A stretch of DNA of 63,894 nt, filler included, from Reticulomyxa filosa (Eukaryota > Protista > Foraminifera), in the NCBI GenBank assembly GCA_000512085.1. It is 21 parts of 21 records of this genome, joined end to end, with 100 filler letters (N's around TTAATTAATTAA, not from the genome) between each part and the next. Parts side by side here need not be neighbours in the genome. Positions count along the whole stretch, not along the records: positions 50,933 to 55,999 come from ASPP01038075.1; positions 56,100 to 57,912 come from ASPP01029683.1; positions 58,013 to 59,872 come from ASPP01025358.1; positions 59,973 to 61,886 come from ASPP01017197.1; positions 61,987 to 63,894 come from ASPP01012583.1; 16 more parts are not named here. One strand, 5' to 3'. This document shows positions 54,001 through 63,894 of this stretch, piece by piece. Below the pieces are notes generated by a model, which did not search any database, was not told where the DNA came from, and saw only the letters and a program-made list of their open reading frames with translations. The position numbers and the translations under genes were made by a program. Numbering within the stretch: position 1 is the first letter of the stretch; every line of letters begins with the position of its first letter.

Positions 54001-54719
54001 TGCCAATGCCATATCCCACGACTTGCTTTGGTGTGCACTGAAGAGCTAATGTTGTGCATATTTGTTACAAAGGGAACAACGTCGTGCCAGTCGATAATTT
54101 GATGGACGATTCAAAAACCGGTCCATTATTTATCAAGTTAAGAAAAAAAGTGTTGATATTGTCAATGTGCTGGTGGCGCTGGGCCCTGCTGGATGGATGT
54201 GTGGACAACATTTATGTCAGCAGTCGAGCCCCCCCTTCACCTCTCTCTCATCTCATAAACGTAGTCGCTGTGGATACAAATTGTTCGATTACCAAAAGCT
54301 GAATCACTCGGATTCGAAAAGTGGAAGGTTGTACCATTGACAAGACCACCACTCGAAAAATGGTAGCTCTAGGGGACGAGCCTTTTCAATGATACCAATT
54401 TCCCCAATTCCGTCAGTCGTTCTAAAATAACGGGATAATTGATGGGAATATTGATCTTTGAAATTGAAGCGCGCATTCGCAAGATCTCAAGAAGTTCTAT
54501 TATTTGGTTGATCGTTTGTGCGCCTGCCCCCTTTCAAGTTACCTGACGATATAATCGTACTTGGGTCCATTGCTTGAAAAAGTTTTTTATACATACATTT
54601 TTTTTTTTTTTTATATGTACATATTTGATAACTAACAGCAACACAACATCTTTATACGTACATTGATTATTTATTTATGTGTATATGATATATTTGCTTG
54701 AAATTTTGATTAGACATTT

Positions 54720-55500
54720 AAAGATGTATCAATAATTGGAATGGACACGTTTTACTGTTTAAATTGTCATTGATGCTGCAACGAGTTCCCAGTGAAATGA
54801 TAATTGTGACAGCAATCACAGTAATATCGATTGTGGCAGTAGATGAAAGTAACACTGGCAATCTCATGGTCGAATGTTGCTGATGAAAACCAATATATCA
54901 TCGGATCATTGAAGCCGCACTACAACGCACTCACTCGGCATTTTTCCAATACATTTATTTGTTCATTATTGAACGAGTATCTATAGTGACGGCGTGCTTC
55001 GATATGGATCATTGTTTATGTTTTGAATGACGTGTGCAATTTGGAAAAAAATGAAAGGTCCATATTGTGTACTGCGGCTCATGATGGATTTGAAAGTGGT
55101 GAGCTGATGGTTATGATGGTTATGTGCGCAACCTATATTCTAAGTTATAATTTTTTTTTATGATGTGATTGAAATTGAAATATAAATGATCAATACACAC
55201 GTATGTAACATAGGTCTCTAAAGATACAATACCTGTGAAAAGTTGCTGTGATGGTTGCGGTGCCACTATTCGTGGCAAAAAAAGACTTCAAGTAGGAGTA
55301 GATGGCAAGAAAGAATACGAATGACAGAAAGGAACAAGAAGATGATAAGATAATAGCGAGAAAGAAAAAGAAAAGATCTTGGATTGGAAGTATTTTTGTA
55401 TCACAATATGTAAGAGAACACGTGTTTTCCTCCATGTCAGACTTTTTTTTATTTCTTAAAGGCTCACTGTAATAACAGTTATTCAAGTTAGTTTAAAAAA
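54720..55500 (+). pseudogene. Decayed membrane-protein-like gene (family shared with 34700-34956)
   Basis: Hydrophobic broken frames and direct nucleotide similarity to the contig at 33444-34956. Confidence 0.4.
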
Positions 55501-55631
55501 GAAAGCAAAAGTGTTTTAGAAAACAATTGAAAAGATTGACAAACATTAAAAAAATTTAAGTCCTGGACATTCTTTTGTATGTTATGGCCCAGGTGTTTGT
55601 GGTGGCACGGGCTTAAATGTTTTTTTCGTCA

Positions 55632-55965
55632 CTATTTTTTAACATTCATGAACTTTGGACCTCCAAATGCAAGTTTAAGTTCACTTTTACCAACGTTTCT
55701 GAAGGTGTTGCAACCAACCCGAACAATTTCAACAGTGGTGGACGTACGCATCGTGATTAATGACACATTTTTTTGCAGATCTCGGCGTACGACATGCCTT
55801 AAAAGTCGTGTACGTGCAATATTCATCTGATCGGCAACACAAGCACCAAAGTCGATTGTGTGTAATTCAAATGCGCTGGGATCTTTGTACAAAAAAGGTT
55901 TCCAGAAAGTTCCATTAGCAAAAAAATTTTTTGCAATTGGGTGCGAATCATGGCACAACAATAGT
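55632..55965 (-). CDS. 3' exon of an unknown protein (weak kinase-like H.D/IDFG pattern)
   Basis: About 110 open codons to a stop, preceded by a poly-A intron end. Contains CHDSHP..KNFF and LHTIDFGA. Confidence 0.4.
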
Positions 55966-56100
55966 GTTCATTATTTTTTACCTTTTTTTTTTTTTTTTTN
56001 NNNNNNNNNNNNNNNNNNNNNNNNNNNNNNNNNNNNNNNNNNNTTAATTAATTAANNNNNNNNNNNNNNNNNNNNNNNNNNNNNNNNNNNNNNNNNNNNC

Positions 56101-56493
56101 AAATTACGCTATCTTGTACAAATATTCCAACCTGCTGTCAGACCCACTGCCAAAACTCGCTCGCCCAACAACAATGCATCTGCTATGGTGGACATAAAGG
56201 ATGTCGATACAAGTGATTTTGATTTAAGCGTTCATATTGACGCTTTAAAGGATGTTATTCTGAAAGTACAAAAGGCAACCAAAAAACGCAATGCCGAGAA
56301 AATTCGTGCCAAAAGAGAACGTAAACAAGAGCATCGCAGGGCATTTGTCAAATTAAACCGACCCATCCAAAAAATGCGTAAAATGGGAATAAAAGTCAAA
56401 CTGCAAACACCTGATTTAAAATTTCTTAAAAAAAAAAAGAAAACCAAACGACCCACACAAAAGAAACATTCGAATGCTCAAAAAACAAAATAA
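56101..56493 (+). CDS. 3' end of a protein with a highly basic C-terminus
   Basis: Open from the contig start to TAA at 56491-56493; K/R-rich tail. Confidence 0.6.
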   Translation, partial: KLRYLVQIFQPAVRPTAKTRSPNNNASAMVDIKDVDTSDFDLSVHIDALKDVILKVQKATKKRNAEKIRAKRERKQEHRRAFVKLNRPIQKMRKMGIKVKLQTPDLKFLKKKKKTKRPTQKKHSNAQKTK

Positions 56494-56857
56494 AATAAAT
56501 GTCGTATTATGTCTTGTTTTGTACCTTTTTTCTACAAATCAACACGATGCTTTTTTTAATTGTGTTATTTTGCTCATTTTGGATTATTGTAGTTTATTAT
56601 TAAATGATTCGACACAATTTTTTCTTACTTTTGAATTTCGAACGCGCGCTCATTGATTTTTATAATCAAAAACATCACAAATATGAAAGCTTAATCAAGA
56701 GAAAACACAACTTAATAGTCACTGTCTTGCTTCTCTATCAATTAGCTAGCAACTTACTGCTAACAATAAACCCCAAAAGCTATGAATTTTTGTCTGCAAA
56801 AAACTTGTTTATCGAAAGTGCAACAGAAAAGCTAAAAACTTTGATTAAAGGCTTAAT

Positions 56858-57912
56858 ATGGAAGGACAGTTGCACACAACAGAAGTTGGAGAAAATGATG
56901 GCAATGGACAACAAACCGTAGAAGGCTTTTTGAACAAGTACAAGGTAATAAATGGTCAAGCTACTGCAAAGGCGTTGACTACTCTTGGAGTAACTGTTGA
57001 GCATTTAATGGAATGGAGAGAGCAAGACATTGAGTTATAAATAGACAAAAGAAAAAAAAAAAAATGGTGATAAAATACAAACAAATAAACAAATAAACAA
57101 AAAATGAAAACAGTGAAGTATGCAAAGAAGCAAATATTGGAGTGATAGCAGAGCAGATTTATTGAAAGTGTTGCGAAAAATTCCGGAGTCGCAAGTATAC
57201 AAAGACAACGAAGCAAAAACGAAATCAAAAACAGCAACAACAACGACAACAACAGCAGCAACAACGACAACAACAGCAACAACAGCAATAACATCACAAG
57301 TAATTATATTACATCCAAATGATCATGATAAAATGAATAAATTGTATGAAGAATTTAAAAAAATATCAAAAAAGGTTGAAAAAATAGAATCTGAAATAAT
57401 TGAATTGGAAGATAATTGTAAATTATCAAAAAAACAAATTACGGATACATGTCAATCAATTGTTGCATCAATTGAAAAACATGAACAATATTTATTACAA
57501 AAAATTGATACTTATAAAAATAAAAAAAAGATTTATTACAACAACAATTACAATATTTCCAACATTTTGAACAAGGTTTAAAACTTAAACTCGAACAAAT
57601 CAATAAATGCATTAATGAATCCAATATTGACATGTATGAAAGAAGACATCAATTACAACAGCTATTACAAGATGAAACAATCACTTATAATTTAAGTGAT
57701 GAAAATGAAAAAGAAGTTAATACAAATGTTACTGTTCAATTCACAAATGAAAAAAAAAATATTGAAAAACTTGTTGAAATGGTTGATCAATTACTTAAAC
57801 AACAAATGATCATTGTTGAATCTGGATCCATCACTTTAAGTAATGTAAAAGTAAAAGTTAGTGATAATCCATTAGTATCTGTAAACTATTCAATTAAAGA
57901 TATTGAAAAAAG
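56858..57912 (+). CDS. SAM-like domain plus coiled-coil protein, 5' part, with frameshifts
   Basis: TVEGFLNKY..ALTTLGVTVEHLMEWREQDI|EVCKEANIGVI..RADLLKVLRKI resembles a SAM domain. Then a Thr tract and a TRIM-like coiled coil. Intron ~57034-57114; frame breaks near 57148 and 57530. Confidence 0.6.
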
Positions 57913-59039
57913 NNNNNNNNNNNNNNNNNNNNNNNNNNNNNNNNNNNNNNNNNNNNTTAATTAATTAANNNNNNNNNNNNNNNNNNNNNNNNNNNNNNNN
58001 NNNNNNNNNNNNAGTTTGTTGTTTCCCACACACTTGTTTCCTCGATTACCTATTTTCTTTTTTACACTGATATTCAACGTCGTTGTCATCATACTATTAT
58101 CAAACAAGACGAGAGTCATACAACAATTCAATCAATGAATGACAATAGACGCAACTTTGCTTTTCCATTGAAGACATTGGCCTATTTCAAACGTTTTTAA
58201 ATTGTTTATGTATATTTCTCAAAGAATTATAAATATATAATGTTTTTGAGGCATTGAAATGCAGAAGAAAAACAATCCACACGAAACGATAATCTTACAA
58301 AAACGTTTCTTGTGTCTATTTTTTTTGTCCTTTTTATCATGACTCTTCCAAACTTATTTGAATAAATGAATACTTAATCTTATCCTCTTCAACATAAAAA
58401 AACAAAAATTTCAAAGCGCAAAATATTATCGAAAATTAATGCGATTTTGGTTCTTTTTTTTATTTACTATGTTTGTTTCATAAAATCAACCATCTTTTTC
58501 TGGAGCCACTCCAATTTATGCTAGCGTTTTTTATTAGAGGAATCTCCATTTTTTTTTTTGAAAGAAAAATATTTCTATTTTGATTACAATGGAATACATT
58601 TTAATGAATCATTTCGAAGGTCAATGGGAAAAAAAATATGATATCCTTTAACAAAACAAATTGATCCATATCGATTAATTAAATTTTATTTTTTTTGATC
58701 TTTATATTTGTTTGTTCTAAATCGCTTGGATGCACAAGGTTGTTTCTCTTTCTGTTATGAATAATAATAATTTTTATTATCATTTTAAAATTATCTTTCA
58801 AATTTGAATTATAAAAGTTGGAAAATTATTCGTTCAAGATATGTATATTCATTATTTGAATTAATTACATTGCACAATGTTATTTATTAAATTGAAAAGT
58901 AAATAATCCAAAAAAATAAAACAATTTGTTTAAAAAAATGTGTTTATTTATTCCCTATTGAAAGGTTCCATAATGAATTTGTTTTAATAAAGTTTTTTCT
59001 CCATATATTCCATTTTTTTGATATTTGAAGGTATTACTT

Positions 59040-59810
59040 CTTTTTCTTTTGTTCCATATCCACCAGGACCTTAATCTCTTGGATATCCTAATTGTAAACA
59101 ATTAATACTAGAAGATAAATTGGTCTCAACTTCCCATGTCAGTGTGGGCACACATATTATCATATCAAATACCTCATTCCATAACGTCCAATCCACCGAT
59201 GTCTGTGCAAGACAATACTACACACACACACACACACGCAATGTCTTCTTTACTCCAAAAGTAGTCGTCGAGGGCCATCTTTTGTTGCTGCGATTTCACA
59301 AATCCAAATACCTGCGAGGGAGTTTGTAAAAGCCGGGATAAGACAGCAGCTGTATCACCTTGCGGTGGAAGTGCAAGGAAGAAGACTCAGGTTTGCCATC
59401 CAGAGTCGTATTGAAGCCATCCGCGCAAAAACTTTTGCAACAAAATTTTCCAGTATAACTTGCAAGATTCTTCTTGCAATAGCTTTCTTAAAAGCACAAA
59501 GCGATATACCTAAATACAATAAAAACATTGAATTTTTATCTCAAAGGGGCATGCTCAAAGTTAAAGAAATTTTGCAAAACTGATTCCATGTTCGCAGTGC
59601 AACTTTTCCACGTGAGTATCTCTGTCTTGGGCAAGCCTTCAACGCAGTTTTTTTTCCACATTAATAACTTTTTCCAAATCGCTGTAAGCATATTTAATCT
59701 GCGTGCTAATCTCCTATTGTCTCAAATTCACAGCGATCTTCGCGCCATTGCCTTGCAACTACACCATAGGATAAAATTGTTCATTCACTCCGTCAAACGA
59801 ACTTCGTGAG
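59040..59810 (-). pseudogene. Decayed gene with SPRY-like C-terminal motif
   Basis: SFDGVNEQFYPMV*LQGNGAKIAVNLRQ* resembles the SPRY end (F..V...LYP.V.L...G..V.VN). Several stops downstream. Confidence 0.4.
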
Positions 59811-60093
59811 CCGTATATGAATATTCTTTTTTTAAAAAAAGTTTATTACAAAAAAAAAAAAAAAAAAAAAAANNNNNNNNNNNNNNNNNNNNNNNNNNNN
59901 NNNNNNNNNNNNNNNNTTAATTAATTAANNNNNNNNNNNNNNNNNNNNNNNNNNNNNNNNNNNNNNNNNNNNAGTTAGTTTTTTTTTTTTTGGTCTTTTT
60001 GTTTGCATGTCTAATTTAAGTTTTTTTTTTTTTTTTTGAGGGAGGGATTGAATGCACACTAATATTGAGCTTATTGGTTTATGTTTGGTAAAG

Positions 60094-60887
60094 CCGAATA
60101 ACTCCGGGGGCGTTGAAAACTGTACTGTAGAATATATGAACCCTCAGTCAGTTGGAAAGTGGAATGATGCAGAATGCTCCGGTACTCAAGATATTTGGTA
60201 TTGTGATGCAGTCGGTTTGTTTGTGTTTTTTTAAAAAGTCGAAATAATATATGTACATACATATATAAATATATATACATATATGTATATTATATATATA
60301 TATATGTATATACAAATGTCAAAAAAGTTTTGTAATGACGAGCGAATTGACACACTCCTTTTTTTTTTTTTTTTTTTCCTCTCATCCTTTCTTTGTGTCT
60401 GCTCTCGCTTTTAGGATCACCAACATTATTTACACAACATCCGACAATGTCCCCCACAAGATATCCGACAACTGCGCCAATCGTCTTGACAATGTCTCCA
60501 ACATTTTCGCCTGTCTTGTCCCCAACACGTTCGCCCGTCTTGTCCCCAACACATTCGCCCGTCTCTCCTCCAACACTTTCACCCGTCTCTCCCCCAACAC
60601 TTTCGCCCTTCTCTTCTACAACACCTTCGTCCATTATATCCCCTACTCTTTCTCCGACTTCTTTCGATTCAACTGCCTCTGTTTCAACCACTTTCGGTAC
60701 ATTTGATACCACCGAAACAACAGACACCTCTACATATAACGGATCCTTGGCACATTGGTGGAATTCTCAGACAGAATTGGCACAAGCGTTAATGTATGCC
60801 ATTTTAGTTGTTAGCGTTGGTATCGTTGCTCTTTCTGCCAAAATGATCCACATGAAATATGCAAGGTCAAATAGGAGGATCAAATAA
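60094..60887 (+). CDS. Type I membrane protein: C-type lectin domain, S/P/T mucin-like stalk, TM helix, short basic tail (last two exons)
   Basis: Exon 60094-60214 PNNSGGVENCTV...GKWNDAEC....WYCD. In-phase exon 60415-60887 with SPT/SPV repeats, TM ALMYAILVVSVGIVALSA and tail HMKYARSNRRIK*. Confidence 0.85.
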
Positions 60888-63197
60888 AACTGCTTACACA
60901 TTGTAAACTATGTCTTCTTTTTAAAATAATATTTACCTCTGCTTTTTTTTTGTGTGTGTCTAACTCTTTGATCCTCATATACATAGTTGTTTTGGGTCTT
61001 TTTCACTTACAAAAAAAAAAATTAAAAAGTTCTACTGTTAATCTGACGGGTAAGTACTATGTTACGATATCCGGAACAAAACACCATAACTCTTACGCGT
61101 AAATGCAATATTTTAATCTTTAATACAACTTTACCGATTTTCGTTACTTTTGGTGTCCAGTTTCTTTTTTATCGTTTACTGTTGTGTGCTTAGAATTTTT
61201 TGACGTTTTTATTTTGTTTAAAATTTATTTCGAAACGAATAATTTATAAGGTTCACCAGCAACTGTGAGTGATGTATGCAATATTTTTTCCTTGCTCAAA
61301 TATTGTCTAGATATAATTCCTGATTTTATATTTTTCATTGCAAGGTTTTGGAAAGCTATTCTCACAAAAAGTACAATAAACCAACATAATAAACAGCTAA
61401 GATTTCGAATATGCTCATGACAGTCTGTGCGATCAGTTTTAAGGTTGTACAAATACAATTAATCTTAACATCCAAAAAAACAAGTAAAAGTGACAAAACA
61501 ATTCATCTCAAGATTCCTTGACCGCAAAAAAGCAAAGACAAGAGCGTGTTTTTAAAAAGAATAGTTGTTGGACGGGTCTAATCAACAAAAGTTCAACAAT
61601 GAAAATTGTTGACGAAAATTAATTTATGATAACTAACAATCCAACCAAACTAAAGCAAAAAAAAGCAAACAACTCAAAAAAATTTGTGTTCAAAGAGACA
61701 ATGATGTGATAGTTTGAAAACCCCCACAAACAAGGAAGAATAAATTTTTATTTTTTTTATGACTCCGACCAAAAACAAAATAAAGACTAAATTAATGTAC
61801 AACCATTATCAAAAGGAATTTAGAACATTCAACTAATGTTTGAAAAGGGGTAAAAAAAAAAAGAAAATTTTTTTGCTCCCTCCTCANNNNNNNNNNNNNN
61901 NNNNNNNNNNNNNNNNNNNNNNNNNNNNNNTTAATTAATTAANNNNNNNNNNNNNNNNNNNNNNNNNNNNNNNNNNNNNNNNNNNNAAAAAAAAAAAAAA
62001 AAAAAAAAAAACAAACAAACATTGTTTCGATTTTCCGTGGCAAAAAAAAAATAATTATTCATCCCCCTTCGTACCCCCCCCTTTTTTTTATCGACATATA
62101 TACATATCATATAAAATCGTTTGGTGTCGTAACTTTTGCCATTTTATTGAACGTGCATTTTCTTTTCGCAATTTTGCTCGGTGCTCTTCTTCGTTTATTT
62201 GTGATGGGTTTTCGATTGGAAATCCGTATCGATCGATCGACACAGATAATAATGGGTTGTCGTGAGCTTTTTTTTTTTTTGAAAAAGAACTGCTTTTTTT
62301 TCACTTCACTTTTTTTTGTTAGGGTGTACATATAGTCAATGTAAACGCACTCTCTCCTTGTTTGATCAATAACTTAACCGATTTGCTCTCCCACACTCGG
62401 CTTGTAATCGGCGTCATTTTTTACGCCGTCATATCCACCCAATCCTCTTTTGTATACGATATCTCCGAATTGGTCCCGCTCGGAGATGGTGGTCGGCCAC
62501 GCGGGTTCTTTGCTGTTCGTTTGTTTGTACAAGTTTGCAGATTTGTACCACTTTTGCGACTGTAGTCACTTTTATCCAATACAAATACCTTGCGTGACTT
62601 TTATTGAAAAGATCTTATTTTTTGTCGTCATTTTACTTCAAATTAGAAGATGAAAGAGTTTTTTTTGGAGTAATCAAAGTTGTTCACCTTTTGGCTTGAG
62701 TTCATATAAAAGCATTGAAAACAATTTTTTCCTTTTATGTCGAAAATGGTTACTGTATTTTAAAATTTAGAAATAAAAGAAATAGGCAAAGTACAATTTA
62801 AAAAATTACAAGTGCTTCAAATTATTGAAAATATTTATAAAATACTATTACGTTGGATATTTGCTTATTTGTCAATCTCAATCAAATTTATATTTCAGAG
62901 TTTCAGATGGATGTTTCAGACCCACTTGTATCGCGAATTTATTTTTTTACAATTTTTAAGAAAAGGACAATATTGTTTTGAAACATTACAGACTCAGACA
63001 CACAAAATCCAAACAAAAATGTATGATTAACATTAGTACTGTTATTGTACCATTTTCAACAAGAAACTTGCACACTAGTGAAGAAATTGCGTACAAAGAA
63101 TCGTTGACAAAGTTTTTTTGGAAAAACAGTAAAAACGATCTTGAGGAGAACAGGAAATTACTGACCCTTTTTTTTTTTGTAAATTAAAAGTTAAAAA

Positions 63198-63894
63198 ATG
63201 TTGTATTTTGAGGACGATGTCGAAGGCGATGAAAAAAAGAGGCAGTATCAAATCCAAGTGAAAAAATATCATTGGAAGAATGTTACAACAAAGATTGGAT
63301 AATCACGCTGAACGACAGCGACAAAATAGACGACTATATCTGCGAGGTGTGTCATAACGTGGCGAGGAATGCGATGGAATTGACCTGTGACAGCCACGAG
63401 GACATGCAAAAATCGTTGATAGTAGGCGAGGAATGCCTGAAGCACTATTTAGAGCAGAATGACAACAAATGTCCGGTGGGCAACCATGTTAACTGTGAAT
63501 ATAGCAAAATGAAATTAGTGCGACAATACGTAAACGACTTGTTGGTAGTGTGCCCCCGACAATATGAGTTGAGCGTGCAGACGGGTATAAAAACGACCGG
63601 AACAGAAGGGAGCGAGTTGCCAATGGGAGTTAATTGCAACTTCCGAGGAAGACTCAAAGACGTGGCGGATCACTTGGATCAATCTTGCGAATTCAAGACA
63701 GTGGACTGTCCCTTCCATCAATACGGGTGTCAAGGGTCGTTCTACCAACACAGTTGTCAAGCGCATTTACAAGAGCAAGTGGAATACCATTTGAACTTGG
63801 TTGTCGACACTACCAAAACACTGCAAGACCAGCTGAGTCAGTCGGAATCTAGTGTTCACATATTACAAGTTCAGCCAAAAAAAATTTGTCCCCC
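63198..63894 (+). CDS. TRAF-type RING plus zinc-finger protein, N-terminal part (two homopolymer frameshifts); truncated by window end
   Basis: ECYNKDWI..YICEVCHNVARNAMELTCDSH...VGEECLKHYL..NDNKCPVGNH, DLLVVCPRQ, CNFRGRLKDVADHLDQSC, DCPFHQYGC...HL....YHL. Frameshifts at ~63232-63238 (A run) and ~63447-63450 (T run). Confidence 0.85.

Noticed and set aside
54200-54500. IYVSSRA as an RNF213-like P-loop lead-in
   Set aside because: No GxGKS follows; the similarity is too short to support.
2510-61986. Regularly recurring TTAATTAATTAA as a biological repeat or CRISPR-like array
   Set aside because: Always centred in fixed-length N runs; it is an assembly concatenation linker. Gene neighbourhoods across linkers carry no meaning.
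1-63894. tRNA, rRNA, CRISPR or prokaryotic operons
   Set aside because: No such signatures found by eye; a covariance-model scan was not possible.

Overview
This window is not one locus. It is 21 short, unrelated eukaryotic contigs joined by artificial 100-nt spacers (N-run + TTAATTAATTAA + N-run). The AT-rich introns with microsatellites and homopolymers, and the expanded Kelch and TRAF/coiled-coil/WD40 families, match my recollection of the foraminiferan Reticulomyxa filosa (Rhizaria); the organism call is an inference. Recognisable spliced genes: an acyl-CoA dehydrogenase ending in a peroxisomal AKL signal; a ~1,950-aa, 10-exon armadillo-repeat protein with a C-terminal PH domain (the architecture of the apicomplexan glideosome-associated connector, GAC); a PI-PLC X-domain protein; Fab1/PIKfyve; a Ubl-PH-RhoGAP; ATAD1/Msp1; an intron-containing homologue of bacterial D-arginine dehydrogenase DauA; a C-type lectin/mucin/TM receptor; and Kelch, WD40, TRAF-RING and SAM/coiled-coil family members. 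Much of the rest is decayed sequence: duplicated pseudogenes, a serpin remnant ending in a CaaX motif, LINE 3' ends and a ~1-kb tandem-repeat family seen on two contigs. The most notable signals are the GAC-like gene and an atypical intron grammar (mostly GTT donors, A-rich rather than pyrimidine-rich acceptors, self-complementary introns). Many single-base frameshifts sit in homopolymers and are probably sequencing errors.
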